A stretch of DNA of 59,084 nucleotides, from the IMG/VR virus record IMGVR_UViG_2703718809_000006. One strand, given 5' to 3'. Position numbers and translations under genes: made by a program. This stretch comes from a virus. Taxonomy: Duplodnaviria; Heunggongvirae; Uroviricota; Caudoviricetes. Positions 32,353-45,033 of this stretch are shown in pieces (position 1 is the first letter of the stretch; each line of letters starts with the position of its first letter). The notes beneath the pieces were generated by a model. It ran no database searches. It was given only the letters and a program-made list of their open reading frames with translations, and had not been told where the DNA came from.

Positions 32353-32364
32353 ATAAGGGGCGCT

Positions 32365-33006
32365 ATGGATAAGAAAATATGCGTTGTTTCGATGAGCGTC
32401 GGCAAACCGGCGTCAATGACTGCCGCATGGATCAACAATGAGCTGATAATGGCTGAGCGGACCAGCTACCCTGAACGCCGCCGCGATATGGAACTCCAGC
32501 TGCTGCGCGAATTGCGAGAAAAAGAGGAAAAGGGTTTTATCGTGCTGGTGGAAGAGGAAAACAGCTTTATTACGGGTCGAGTTGGCCAGCGTGTAAGGTT
32601 GCGCGATCCCTTCATGAACGGCAGGCCGGTACTAATTGAAGCAATGCAGATTTACAAGGAGCTGGAACGCCAGAAAGCGATCAAGTTACCGCGCAAAGAA
32701 TCCGGCAAATACATCCTCCACCAAAGCATCTTCGATTCCGAACACGACAAAAAAGGCGATGAATTTTTCAACATCAACTGGAGCGAAATAACGACAGAGC
32801 ACGTTCTGTCGTTGTTATGCTGCTTCGCAACGGAATATAACAACGTTGCAAGCGCCGACTACATCAGGGCAATGGCTGGAGAAGTTGAGGCCCGCCAGGA
32901 ACCATCGTTACTAAGCCCTCTGATTAACATAATTCGCGGAACCCAATGTCTAGCCGACAAGCGAGTTCCTCAAGGCTTACTTACCGGCAAAGAAAACTAT
33001 TTATAA
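32365..33006 (+). CDS. mat: Mat-like protein (particle maturation)
   Basis: Position after ref as in P1; probable start at ATG 32365 (AAGGGG upstream); the track ORF opens at 32218. Confidence 0.5.
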   Translation: MDKKICVVSMSVGKPASMTAAWINNELIMAERTSYPERRRDMELQLLRELREKEEKGFIVLVEEENSFITGRVGQRVRLRDPFMNGRPVLIEAMQIYKELERQKAIKLPRKESGKYILHQSIFDSEHDKKGDEFFNINWSEITTEHVLSLLCCFATEYNNVASADYIRAMAGEVEARQEPSLLSPLINIIRGTQCLADKRVPQGLLTGKENYL

Positions 33007-33096
33007 TTAATTACGTCAGTAGCCAATAGAGATTTTTGTTGTGGAACAAAAATATATATTTTACAATCTAGTAACTTTGGGTGGAGGATTATTACA

Positions 33097-34137
33097 ATGA
33101 TGAATATTAAGCCGCTGAAAATTAGGAACAAGGTCATGAAGCCTCATAAAGCATCATTAAACCCTGACCTAACCGCAAGGAATGTACTTACATACAGTCA
33201 TTGGGATTTTGTCGAACTCTGGTTAAAGCGAAACGAAAAAGATGAGGCTCTTTTTTATTGGGAGCAAGCAAAAGTATTTAATCAGGCGGCCAATGGTTTA
33301 CCCAACCAATCAGCCCCACTTTTGCACTATTATTCATTCATGAATGCAGTAAAGGCGTTACTTTCATCTCGCAATATAAACTTCAAACAGCATCATGGTG
33401 TTGCTAGGGGTGAAAATGCAGCCCAAATTGATAACTTATCTGATATAAAAGTAAAAATAAAAAATGAGGGTATACTTCCGTCTTTTTCAAAATATATTGA
33501 CGGCACCTCTCATGAGGGGGTGTACAATATAAAAAACCTTTTTTCTGGATTGCCATATATTCATCGTACATATTGCCTTACTTATGATGTAACTGATGAT
33601 ATATTTATTCCACTGATCGATGCTGAGTTCGTTTTGAATGAGTCAGACAATAGCCTGTTTTTCACTGCGATTTTATCCAAGGATTTTCGGTTCGACACAG
33701 TTTTCGACATTCTACCGCCAGCGTTCGAATTGTTTGAAAGAGAAAAGTACAAAATAAAATCAGTAGAATCATTACTTGATTTTAATGAAAATCAATCGTC
33801 CAACATGCCGCAATTAACTGAATTTCATCAAAAAATAAGAAGAAATCTTTACTATATCAATGGCGCAGAGACTCTTTGGTATCTCAAACGTAAAAACAAT
33901 CAATCTGAGCATACTTCTGTTTCAATATCGCCATTGGTTATAACCCTAGCAGCTATGCATCGATTAAGTGAGCTATGTCGGTATGACCCACTTAAGCTAA
34001 GACAGTTACTAAATGAAAAAGAAAACTGGATTATTGCTGAATTTATTCAACAATCTCCGTCACAGTTTATAGATGCAATTTCATCTGAAATTACTGGACA
34101 CCAATTTCTTATCCCAAACGTAAGGTCTGCTTCTTAA
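33097..34137 (+). CDS. Unknown 346-aa protein, first gene of the AT-rich cassette (candidate defence component)
   Basis: AT-rich coding sequence unlike its flanks; GGTGGAGG 8 nt upstream of ATGATG; only an R-x6-H (RNINFKQH) motif noted. Confidence 0.6.
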   Translation: MMNIKPLKIRNKVMKPHKASLNPDLTARNVLTYSHWDFVELWLKRNEKDEALFYWEQAKVFNQAANGLPNQSAPLLHYYSFMNAVKALLSSRNINFKQHHGVARGENAAQIDNLSDIKVKIKNEGILPSFSKYIDGTSHEGVYNIKNLFSGLPYIHRTYCLTYDVTDDIFIPLIDAEFVLNESDNSLFFTAILSKDFRFDTVFDILPPAFELFEREKYKIKSVESLLDFNENQSSNMPQLTEFHQKIRRNLYYINGAETLWYLKRKNNQSEHTSVSISPLVITLAAMHRLSELCRYDPLKLRQLLNEKENWIIAEFIQQSPSQFIDAISSEITGHQFLIPNVRSAS

Positions 34138-34646
34138 TGAATATATATATCGCATGCGCTTTAACTCATGTTCCAAGGGAAATTTTCCATGAGTACAGTA
34201 ATTGGATTCACAGCCTTGCAAAAGGTTTATCTCAAAATAACAACGTAAAATATGCTTTGATAAATAGTGACCCAGAATTATCAAAGCGCCCTGAAAGTAA
34301 CAAATCTAGACTTTGTTACATTTGGGACAGAGATATGGTTGAGAAATCTGATGTAATAATTGCAGAATGTAGTTTTCCATCAACAGGGCTAGGAATAGAG
34401 TTGCAGATTGCTGAACAGAAGAACATTCCTGTAATCATCTGTTATAAAGATTATGGGATAAATAAAACTAAAACCATTGAATACGTGAATCCAGATGAGA
34501 CTACCCATAATCTACAAGTTGGCGAGGGTTTCATTTCTCATATGGTATTAGGACTACCAAACATCCTTGATGTCATATTATGTAAAGATATTGATAACAC
34601 ATGCAGGAAGCTAAAAATACTGTTAGATATGATTAACCATAATTAA
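34137..34646 (+). CDS. Nucleoside 2-deoxyribosyltransferase / DNPH1(Rcl)-like protein, second gene of the cassette
   Basis: TAATG coupling to the upstream ORF; '...DVIIAECSFPSTGLGIELQIAEQKNIPVIICY' matches the catalytic-Glu core of the NDT/DNPH1 fold. Confidence 0.6.
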   Translation: MNIYIACALTHVPREIFHEYSNWIHSLAKGLSQNNNVKYALINSDPELSKRPESNKSRLCYIWDRDMVEKSDVIIAECSFPSTGLGIELQIAEQKNIPVIICYKDYGINKTKTIEYVNPDETTHNLQVGEGFISHMVLGLPNILDVILCKDIDNTCRKLKILLDMINHN

Positions 34647-34667
34647 AAATTAACACCCACTTAAGAT

Positions 34668-34700
34668 GTCTAAACCAGCCCGGTATTAACCGGGCTAGAC
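34668..34700. other. Hairpin at the cassette/lxc junction (weak bidirectional terminator candidate)
   Basis: GTCTAaaccaGCCCGG-tattaa-CCGGGCTAGAC; no strong T-run. Confidence 0.4.
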
Positions 34701-34704
34701 AAAC

Positions 34705-34953
34705 TTAATCAGCATTCAGGAGCAATGCATTATCTATGATGATTTGCTCCCATTCTTCGAATGCCCGGTCGCGGACGCCCTGGGGAACGCTGTTAGTTTT
34801 GAAATCGACGACCGTACGCCATTTCCCGTCCGGGCGGTACATGCGCAGAGCTTTACTTCCCCCTTCCCTGCGCACCTCAACGTTATGCTTATCAGCAAAC
34901 TCTTGTAATGCTCGTAGCGTCCCATGCTTTACTGTGTAGTATCGCTTTTTCAA
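34705..34953 (-). CDS. lxc: Lxc/Bof-like C1 co-repressor
   Basis: 82 aa; position immediately downstream of ulx and darB on the same strand, as in P1. Confidence 0.6.
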   Translation of the reverse strand: MKKRYYTVKHGTLRALQEFADKHNVEVRREGGSKALRMYRPDGKWRTVVDFKTNSVPQGVRDRAFEEWEQIIIDNALLLNAD

Positions 34954-35390
34954 GTTTTCTCTCCAGCCTGTGCCAAGGCTTCAACTTCCAAATCGTAAGA
35001 CTCAAACTCATAGTCCTGGTCGTCAACTTCTTCAGGCACTGGCAGTAAATGCCAGGCTGAGTATATCTGACCATTATCAAAACGCTCCTGGCTGTAGAGC
35101 GTCGCGGCTATGAGTGTTAGCGCCGGGCGGTCATAACGGTAAATTTTGCGAACGTCACGGTCAACGAGACGACCGAAATTACCATAACCGCGCTCCAGTA
35201 ATAATTTTTTAATTTCCGGCCAGTATGGACCATAGCTGCGGTACAGGCGGGGATTTTTCAGTAATCGCCCGCGTAGCCCTGACAGGAAGAAATCAACGTA
35301 TTCGTCTTCTGTCTTTCCTAACAACGCTGTACGGAGTACCGCCTCAAGATATGTTTTATTCGGTTTTATTGTATCAGATAGTGTGGCCAT
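34950..35390 (-). CDS. ulx: Ulx-like protein
   Basis: 146-aa ORF between darB and lxc with overlapping termini. Confidence 0.55.
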   Translation of the reverse strand: MATLSDTIKPNKTYLEAVLRTALLGKTEDEYVDFFLSGLRGRLLKNPRLYRSYGPYWPEIKKLLLERGYGNFGRLVDRDVRKIYRYDRPALTLIAATLYSQERFDNGQIYSAWHLLPVPEEVDDQDYEFESYDLEVEALAQAGEKT

Positions 35391-35423
35391 ATTATGCGAC
35401 GCCCGGCGAACCGGGCGCTCCTG

Positions 35424-38400
35424 TTATGCGTATTGTTGGATGACGGCCAGAACGTCCGCCACGTTGTGTTTTGTCTCGATAATCCACCAGTTACCCGGGA
35501 AATCGCTGTTCTTCGCCTTCGCTGGCAGCCAGCGAGCGCCGAATTTCGCCTTGATTGCGTCTTTCGCACGGAAAAGAACGCCTTTCATGCCTGAGGCTTC
35601 CTGAAGCCCAAATACCTCGCCAGCGGCGAATTTTGGTGCGTACATCATCTTCAGGTCGGCGGTGGATACGCGATAATTCAGACCAAGAGACTGAGCTATG
35701 CTGGTGGCATCACCCTGTATTGATGATAACTCTTCTTGTTTCTCGTTTCTGGCGGCAATCTCTTCCTCCGTGATGTTGCCAAGGGCTAGGTTTATCCGAT
35801 CAGCGTCGGCCTGTTTCTCTTCATCGGTGCGCCCGGCAAGAACCGTGTTAATTCTCTGCAATATCTCCACATGATTCTTGCGCATGCTGAGCAATTCCGG
35901 CGTAACCTCGTTAAGATCCACCAGCCCAAGGATGGCAAGGTCGGAAAACATTGATACCAGGTTGTAGGTCATGCGATAGCTGAGTTGACCATAGGCTGAT
36001 GGCAACTTCACCGCATCCATTTGATAGGCATCCATAAATTTAGAGCCGTCGTTTACGACATCCGCTATTGCAGGTGTGATTTTCCCTGTGGTGGCGGCCT
36101 CCCTGATTGCTGTTACCCACGATTGAGTCAGCGCGGCGACTGCATGATTCAGATTGGCTTCCCGTTCTGCTGCGATGCGCGCGCTTGCTGCGTCCATTGC
36201 CTGCTTGATCTCGGCTTTATTGCTGTAAATGCCAATGGTGCCAAACTGTGCTGTGGTGATCTCATAATCTGACGCCCGGAACTCATTGGTACCGAAAATG
36301 GCATTGGTGACTTCAAGTTCAGAATCCCCGTTACGAGTAGCCCCCTGGCTTGTTTTTTCCGGCATTCTGGCGATCGCATCCGCTATTTTCTCCTGAATTG
36401 CTTCAGGGGATAGCGTATCTCCGTATGACGCGATTACATCGCCATAATTGGAGCCAAACAGTTCAACCAGGAATGTTTCTGCCGAACGGATCTGGCGGTT
36501 ATTCCCTTCCGACATCATACCAAGCACCCATTTTGCAATTGACGACTTCAGCGCGCCGTCACGGCGATCCGGGTAAACCGCATGCTTCAGTGGGTCCGTA
36601 TAGGTACCAACAAAATCGATGCTATAGCCTGACTCTGTAGTCTGAACGCCGTATGAGTCAGTGATTTTGATCATGCCGCGCTGCTGGAAACGGTAGAAAT
36701 CGTCACAGGAAATGATGTCGTTAATCCCGGCGATGGAGACGCCACCACTGATTTTCTGCATAACAGCATCTTCATCGGGAGTTACATCAACCTGTTTATC
36801 CAGCGTCTTCACATCCCAGTTACCCGATTTGGTGCCTTTGAAGGTAAAGATGATCTCCACGTCTGCGCGCTGGCTGTCGAAGTCCAGCGACTTAATGCGA
36901 ACGATATCACCGGCACAATCATAGTATTGGCCTACACGCCATGAGCGATCGCCGATAACAAGGAACTCATTCGCATGGTTAACCAGATCAGGATCAACAT
37001 CCAGAATGCCTTTATTTATTGCATCCTCCACCAGCGGGCGCAGGCGTTTGATATCCGTCGCGGCCTTCTGAGTACGGTTCAATAATTTCTCATAGCGGGA
37101 GATGGCCTGAGAGATATTAGCCTTGCGCTGAATGGCGCTTTTCAACGACGCGCGATACTGTGCTAACAACGTACGGTCTGTGTGATGGACGCTACCCCAG
37201 CGGGCTTTCCAGTCTGCGTTATCAGCTGCTTTGGCCATTACCGCCTGTTTGAATTTGGCGACGTCGGCGGTGGTCTTTTCAAGTTCCGCTTTGCTTCGCT
37301 CTAATTCAGCGGTAAGCACCTCCACATCCTCACCAGCTGCGTGCTGCGCCTTGATGTAGTTCTGAAGGTCGATAGTAGCCTGTTCTTTCTGGCGAGCGCG
37401 TTGCGCGGCTTTCGCCTTATCCATTTGAACCTGCATCATTGCCAGACGTTCGCCATCATCCTTAGCGGTATACATCTGCATTTCGATCATATCGTTGGCG
37501 TCGGCGTTCTCCATTTCTGACTTATCTGAACGGAGGATATCGGAGATCCAGCCTGCTTTACGCTTCAGCGTCTTCAGTCGGTATTCATCGAAAGAACCCT
37601 TGCCGCAGTAGTAGTGAACGCGAACGCTTGCACGGTTGGAGCCAACTCGGGCACCGCGACCGTTTCGTTGCGCAATACTGGCTGGAGTCCATGGCAACGT
37701 CAGATGATGGATGTCAGTCGTTCCTCGATGCAGGTTGATACCCACCTCTGCCTTTTTGTTGCAGATGATGATCGGAGTCCGGCCCTCCTGGAAGTCGGCT
37801 GCAATCTTTTCCAGACCGCCCAACGACATTTCATTTTGCTGCGCGATATAGGCGTCATACAGAGCCATTTGCTCGTTGTATTTCGCTATCTGTGCATCTG
37901 TTGGTTCATCCGGTAACTCTTTCGGCGGTTTAACCGCTTTCAGTTTCTTACCGGTTTTACCTGCCTCGGCAACCGTCTGAGCATTCAGTATCCCCACCTT
38001 TGAAGGTTCAAGGTTAAGAGCATTGCAGATAATGCGCTTGAGCTTCTGGTGCTGCGTTTTTTCATCGGTGAAGATGATTTGCTTACCTTCCGGGAAAAAC
38101 TCCTTCAGCGTGGCAATCAGCTTCGCGTATTTGGGCGTAACGGGGTGAGTTACGGTCTGTTCGTCAATGCCAAACCTGGCCAGGCGCTTATTCACTTCCT
38201 GCTCGAACGCTTCCGGAACCTGCAACTGAATAAACTCGCCCTTATCTATCAGGGAGTATTGCGATTGCTGCGTGATTGAATCATCACTGTCGTCGTCTTC
38301 GCTGGTGGCTTGTTTAGGCAAACTGTCTGCCAGCTGCTGCACCGCATCGGCGTACTCCGGCAGGAAACGATAGGTGATCCGGCGATAGTACAGGTCCATG

Positions 38401-41400
38401 TCAGTACATACGCGGTCCATATCCCTGATTATTGAGAAGATCGGACGGGCTTTCTCGTGCTCAATCACGCCGTCTTCATTGACCGAGGTCGTTACACCAT
38501 TGTTGGCTTTGGCCGCCGCTTCCGCCTGCTGACGCAATTCTTCATACGCCGCCAGTTGTTCTTCAGTAAGTGGTGCATCCTGCTGGTGTTCGTCCAGTTC
38601 CGGGATCTCCACGGTATCCTTAACGTCTTCCGCTGTTTTAAGCGTTGTCCAGCGATGGAATATGCCGCGCAGCGCATCAAGGTTTTCAAAACCCACCAGC
38701 GCCATTTTTTCTTCAACTTCGCCGCTGATTTTCTGTACCGTTTCCAGCCTGGTCTTGCCGAAGAATTTTACGAAGTCATCAGGACTGTAGATCCCCATCT
38801 TCTGCCAGTATTCCTTCGGCAGAACATGAGAAAGCATGTTGTATGCATCGATCGGGGTGTTAACGACTGGTGTTGCAGTCAGGAGAACCGGTCCGCGCCC
38901 GCCATTCTTTTTCATCAAGTACGCGTTTTTGATTGCCATATCTCGCGCCGATTGCGCCACCGCGCTGGTGGGCAGATAGGCCAGCTGTGACGCTTCGCGA
39001 CCATTTTTATAGCTATTGCGGTAGTTGTGGCCTTCGTCAGCAATCACGCTGTCGAAGCCCATATCCTCAAAGTACGGATACTTCTCTGCTTTTTCGGTAC
39101 CGGTATCTGAATACTCCGACAATACCCGGCGACGCGCCGCCTCTTTGCGGTGGGAGTCGGAGTCCATTGCGCTGGCTACGCGCCCGGCGGCAACGAAGTC
39201 ATAAAGCATGTCTTGTGCATGCTCATCTACGGTGTCATCACGTAGCGGAATGCGGGCGTATTGTTCTTTGGTAAACACGACTGCACGGTAATTTGAGTGC
39301 GGGATCGCGTTCATCCGCGCCGTGATAGTGGCTTCATCTGCCAGCTTAAGAGCATCGCGCATAACTGGAGTGCCATCAGTACCAAGAACAGGTTTACCGT
39401 TCTCATTGAGCACCGGCACCTGGCGAATCTGATCGCCATCCATCAGCACATCAAGACCGACGAACAAGTAGTTACTGAATGCCTCTTCACTCAGGAATTC
39501 TTTTGCTTCGTAATACCAATTTTCCAGCACTGATTTAGGCACTACATACGCAGTACGGGTGGAGCGACCGTTCTCATAGTTGAACGCCTCAAGCGCCAGC
39601 GCGGTCGTGGTTTTACCCAGCCCGGTGCCGAAGCCCAGGATGCCGCGCCCATCTTCGGACAGTCGGCGCACCTCGCTATTCTGGTAATCAAATGGCTGGC
39701 GCTTACCGCTTAATCCCTTCAACCCAAGCGGATCGCCAGAGTGTTCATACGGGATATTGCTATTGAACACATCGTTGTATTTGGCAACCAGCTCATCGTA
39801 GCGATCGTGCGTCTTGATCCACTTATTGAACTGGTCCTCAAGCAGTGCCATCTGCTCGCGGTAGCCGTTCGCCGTCGCGCTATCTTTGCCACCGATACGC
39901 GCACCATTGAGATACTTTTCCAGCTGTGCCGGGAACCCGGTCGCGTTTTCACCTGATTTACGGTCCCACTCGTAGCGAATCTCACCTGTTTCTTTATCCT
40001 TGCGCTGGACGACACCGTATCGGTGCCCGACGAACAGACCATCACCACCGTGATAGGTGTCAGAAACCATTTCGTCGCCTTCCAGCTGCACTGACTGCAC
40101 ATAGCGCAGATCCGGATAGCCGTTTTCCTGCAAAAATTCCAGAATGACGGAACGGTCGAACCAACGGCTATTGAGCTTAAACCGGATATTCTCTGCTGGC
40201 GTCTTGATGCGCTTCTCTTCGATAGCTGCCAGCTGATTAAGGACGTTGTTCTTTACTGGACCGTCGGGGAGTGTGGCGAGGAATTCCTGTTTTGGAGCCA
40301 CTATCTCGTTAATGTCGCCGCTGGTGGCGCGGGCGAACGGAACAATCCCGCCATACGGTGAAACCGCAATACCAGGGGTGCTGGCCAATAAATTAAGCAA
40401 CTCTTCATCACTGGCTGGCAGTTCGCCGGTAAACGCAAGGCGGAAATCATCGAGCTGGATTGGATCGCGGGTGAGATCGCTATAGAGATAACGCAGGGTG
40501 TCCTGATAGCTGGTGGAGTCATAACTTGCGCTGGAATCATGCGTAACCAGCTTCCCTGTCAGCTCGTCAGAAATAGTGCCATCCAGCTTAATTGCACCAC
40601 GGAAAGCAAACCAGGCGCGCGCACCGCTCCCCGACAATTTCGCTATCGGACCGCGACCGGGGTTACCAAAACGGTCAATCTCTGCCTGCAAACGGGATAC
40701 CAGAGAAAGGCGCTGCTGTTCGATTTGTTCAGCACTATGCCCGGCGGCCTTCATGTCCTGATATTCAATTAACATCCGGCCAATCATCGCCCCGCGATAC
40801 AAGCGTTCACGGTATTTTTCAGGCTGGCTGTTAATCCAGTCCACCAGCTGCACCATATCGTCGCTGATTGATGTGGTGTACTTATCGCGGACATTTGCCA
40901 TCTGGGTAAATGTCATGCCGAGACGGCCTTCTGTTGTAGTCAGGTTACGCTGAAGAGCCTCCCAGCTATCCGCGCCATAACTGGCAGCATCGATCTTAAG
41001 TTCCTTCCCGGCATCAGCTTCAATCCAGCGACCACCAGCATATTTTTGCCATACGCCATTAATCAGGCGCATTTCCCCTTCACCAACAACGTCTGCGGTC
41101 GGTGACGGTTCAGCCATATCGAGCAAAGACCAGTCGATACGGCTTTCGAAACGATGAATCAGCTTCGCTTTAAGAGCCTGGTTATCAATCTGACCGTCGG
41201 CACGAACCTCAATACGCCCCTGGAAGCCCTTTTCCTGGGTGCCATGAACAAACCGGCGGCCGTCCTTTTCAAACCACTTGCCAGAAATAAACGTTGGCCA
41301 AAGCACATTTGCCGATTCGAGAGTGCTTTCATCCACCAGGGGGATTTTCTCAGCCATCTCTGCCGGATGTTTGCGCATCAGCACCACATCAACAACTGTA

Positions 41401-42191
41401 CTGGTCCCGTTTGCGTCAAAAGTACCGGTAGGCAAGCGGTGGGCACCAAGAAATTCAGCTTTCCGTGATAGGCGCAGGCGTAACCGCTTCATGTTTGAAC
41501 CTGAAACAATGGACGGCGGCACAATCACGCACATGAATCCGCCTGGCTTTATCTTGTCCAGCATGCGGAGCATGAAGTAAGAACCCATGTCCGTTTCTTC
41601 TGCGTAAGGCTTATCGATGTTGCGTGTGTTATCACGACCACCGAACGGAACGTTACCCACAACATGGTCGAATGAATCGTTAGGCGTGCTTACAGCCAGT
41701 TGTTCGAACGGAGAAATCTGTACGCTGTCTTCCGGGTGCAACAGCTGGTTTATACGACCGGAAACACTGCTGATCTCAGTCGCGGTCATCACCGTACCAA
41801 CCGGTTTTGTCTCATTAAAAACGCCGGTTCCCGCCGATGGTTCCAGAGTGTTACCTACGTCCGCGCCGTAGAGCTTCATGATCTCCCAGACACCTTCAGC
41901 GATCGGCTTTGGTGTGTAATATTCGGAGACGGACCCGCCAATGCCGCCTTCGCCGGTGTACCCAGCCAGGATCTGGCGCTGTTCATCTGTCAGTGTCGCG
42001 CCGTCCACCAGCGAATTAAGCAAATCTATCGCCTTCTGATTCGCCTCCCGGCGTAGTCGGTCATAGCTTTTGCCTTCCACCTTTTCCACGCCGTATCTAA
42101 TCGGCGCTCGGTGAGATGTTATTGCACTAATGTATTTCAATATTTCGCTGACACTTGAACAGCGAAACACCCCCATAGATAGCTTGTTCAT
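35424..42191 (-). CDS. darB: DarB antirestriction protein (N6-adenine methyltransferase fused to a DExH helicase)
   Basis: 2255 aa; 'VGNVPFGG' MTase motif IV-like; helicase Walker A 'GFGTGLGKTT' and 'VIADEGHNYRN'. Confidence 0.9.
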   Translation of the reverse strand: MNKLSMGVFRCSSVSEILKYISAITSHRAPIRYGVEKVEGKSYDRLRREANQKAIDLLNSLVDGATLTDEQRQILAGYTGEGGIGGSVSEYYTPKPIAEGVWEIMKLYGADVGNTLEPSAGTGVFNETKPVGTVMTATEISSVSGRINQLLHPEDSVQISPFEQLAVSTPNDSFDHVVGNVPFGGRDNTRNIDKPYAEETDMGSYFMLRMLDKIKPGGFMCVIVPPSIVSGSNMKRLRLRLSRKAEFLGAHRLPTGTFDANGTSTVVDVVLMRKHPAEMAEKIPLVDESTLESANVLWPTFISGKWFEKDGRRFVHGTQEKGFQGRIEVRADGQIDNQALKAKLIHRFESRIDWSLLDMAEPSPTADVVGEGEMRLINGVWQKYAGGRWIEADAGKELKIDAASYGADSWEALQRNLTTTEGRLGMTFTQMANVRDKYTTSISDDMVQLVDWINSQPEKYRERLYRGAMIGRMLIEYQDMKAAGHSAEQIEQQRLSLVSRLQAEIDRFGNPGRGPIAKLSGSGARAWFAFRGAIKLDGTISDELTGKLVTHDSSASYDSTSYQDTLRYLYSDLTRDPIQLDDFRLAFTGELPASDEELLNLLASTPGIAVSPYGGIVPFARATSGDINEIVAPKQEFLATLPDGPVKNNVLNQLAAIEEKRIKTPAENIRFKLNSRWFDRSVILEFLQENGYPDLRYVQSVQLEGDEMVSDTYHGGDGLFVGHRYGVVQRKDKETGEIRYEWDRKSGENATGFPAQLEKYLNGARIGGKDSATANGYREQMALLEDQFNKWIKTHDRYDELVAKYNDVFNSNIPYEHSGDPLGLKGLSGKRQPFDYQNSEVRRLSEDGRGILGFGTGLGKTTTALALEAFNYENGRSTRTAYVVPKSVLENWYYEAKEFLSEEAFSNYLFVGLDVLMDGDQIRQVPVLNENGKPVLGTDGTPVMRDALKLADEATITARMNAIPHSNYRAVVFTKEQYARIPLRDDTVDEHAQDMLYDFVAAGRVASAMDSDSHRKEAARRRVLSEYSDTGTEKAEKYPYFEDMGFDSVIADEGHNYRNSYKNGREASQLAYLPTSAVAQSARDMAIKNAYLMKKNGGRGPVLLTATPVVNTPIDAYNMLSHVLPKEYWQKMGIYSPDDFVKFFGKTRLETVQKISGEVEEKMALVGFENLDALRGIFHRWTTLKTAEDVKDTVEIPELDEHQQDAPLTEEQLAAYEELRQQAEAAAKANNGVTTSVNEDGVIEHEKARPIFSIIRDMDRVCTDMDLYYRRITYRFLPEYADAVQQLADSLPKQATSEDDDSDDSITQQSQYSLIDKGEFIQLQVPEAFEQEVNKRLARFGIDEQTVTHPVTPKYAKLIATLKEFFPEGKQIIFTDEKTQHQKLKRIICNALNLEPSKVGILNAQTVAEAGKTGKKLKAVKPPKELPDEPTDAQIAKYNEQMALYDAYIAQQNEMSLGGLEKIAADFQEGRTPIIICNKKAEVGINLHRGTTDIHHLTLPWTPASIAQRNGRGARVGSNRASVRVHYYCGKGSFDEYRLKTLKRKAGWISDILRSDKSEMENADANDMIEMQMYTAKDDGERLAMMQVQMDKAKAAQRARQKEQATIDLQNYIKAQHAAGEDVEVLTAELERSKAELEKTTADVAKFKQAVMAKAADNADWKARWGSVHHTDRTLLAQYRASLKSAIQRKANISQAISRYEKLLNRTQKAATDIKRLRPLVEDAINKGILDVDPDLVNHANEFLVIGDRSWRVGQYYDCAGDIVRIKSLDFDSQRADVEIIFTFKGTKSGNWDVKTLDKQVDVTPDEDAVMQKISGGVSIAGINDIISCDDFYRFQQRGMIKITDSYGVQTTESGYSIDFVGTYTDPLKHAVYPDRRDGALKSSIAKWVLGMMSEGNNRQIRSAETFLVELFGSNYGDVIASYGDTLSPEAIQEKIADAIARMPEKTSQGATRNGDSELEVTNAIFGTNEFRASDYEITTAQFGTIGIYSNKAEIKQAMDAASARIAAEREANLNHAVAALTQSWVTAIREAATTGKITPAIADVVNDGSKFMDAYQMDAVKLPSAYGQLSYRMTYNLVSMFSDLAILGLVDLNEVTPELLSMRKNHVEILQRINTVLAGRTDEEKQADADRINLALGNITEEEIAARNEKQEELSSIQGDATSIAQSLGLNYRVSTADLKMMYAPKFAAGEVFGLQEASGMKGVLFRAKDAIKAKFGARWLPAKAKNSDFPGNWWIIETKHNVADVLAVIQQYA

Positions 42192-42258
42192 TGGTAATCC
42201 TTAACAAGTGACTAGTGTTAAATTTCCGTTCAAACACGATGCGAATTATTCTAATTAA

Positions 42259-44989
<2,731 letters not shown>

Positions 44990-44994
44990 CCACC

Positions 44995-45027
44995 AAAAAT
45001 AACCCCGGCAGCTGCCGGGGTTCTCGT
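44995..45027. terminator. Bidirectional rho-independent terminator
   Basis: AACCCCGGCAGCTGCCGGGGTT flanked by A-run and T-rich sequence. Confidence 0.7.
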
Positions 45028-45033
45028 TAACTA

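Noticed and set aside
33097-34646. Expectation of type III R-M genes res/mod (EcoP1I) between mat and lxc
   Set aside because: No ORF of the required size (about 970 and 650 aa) and no SF2-helicase or N6-MTase motifs are present; the slot holds the two-gene cassette instead.
36021-41871. Numerous plus-strand ORFs (60-180 aa) within the darB locus
   Set aside because: All are antisense to the continuous 2255-aa DarB reading frame, which has clear MTase and helicase motifs.
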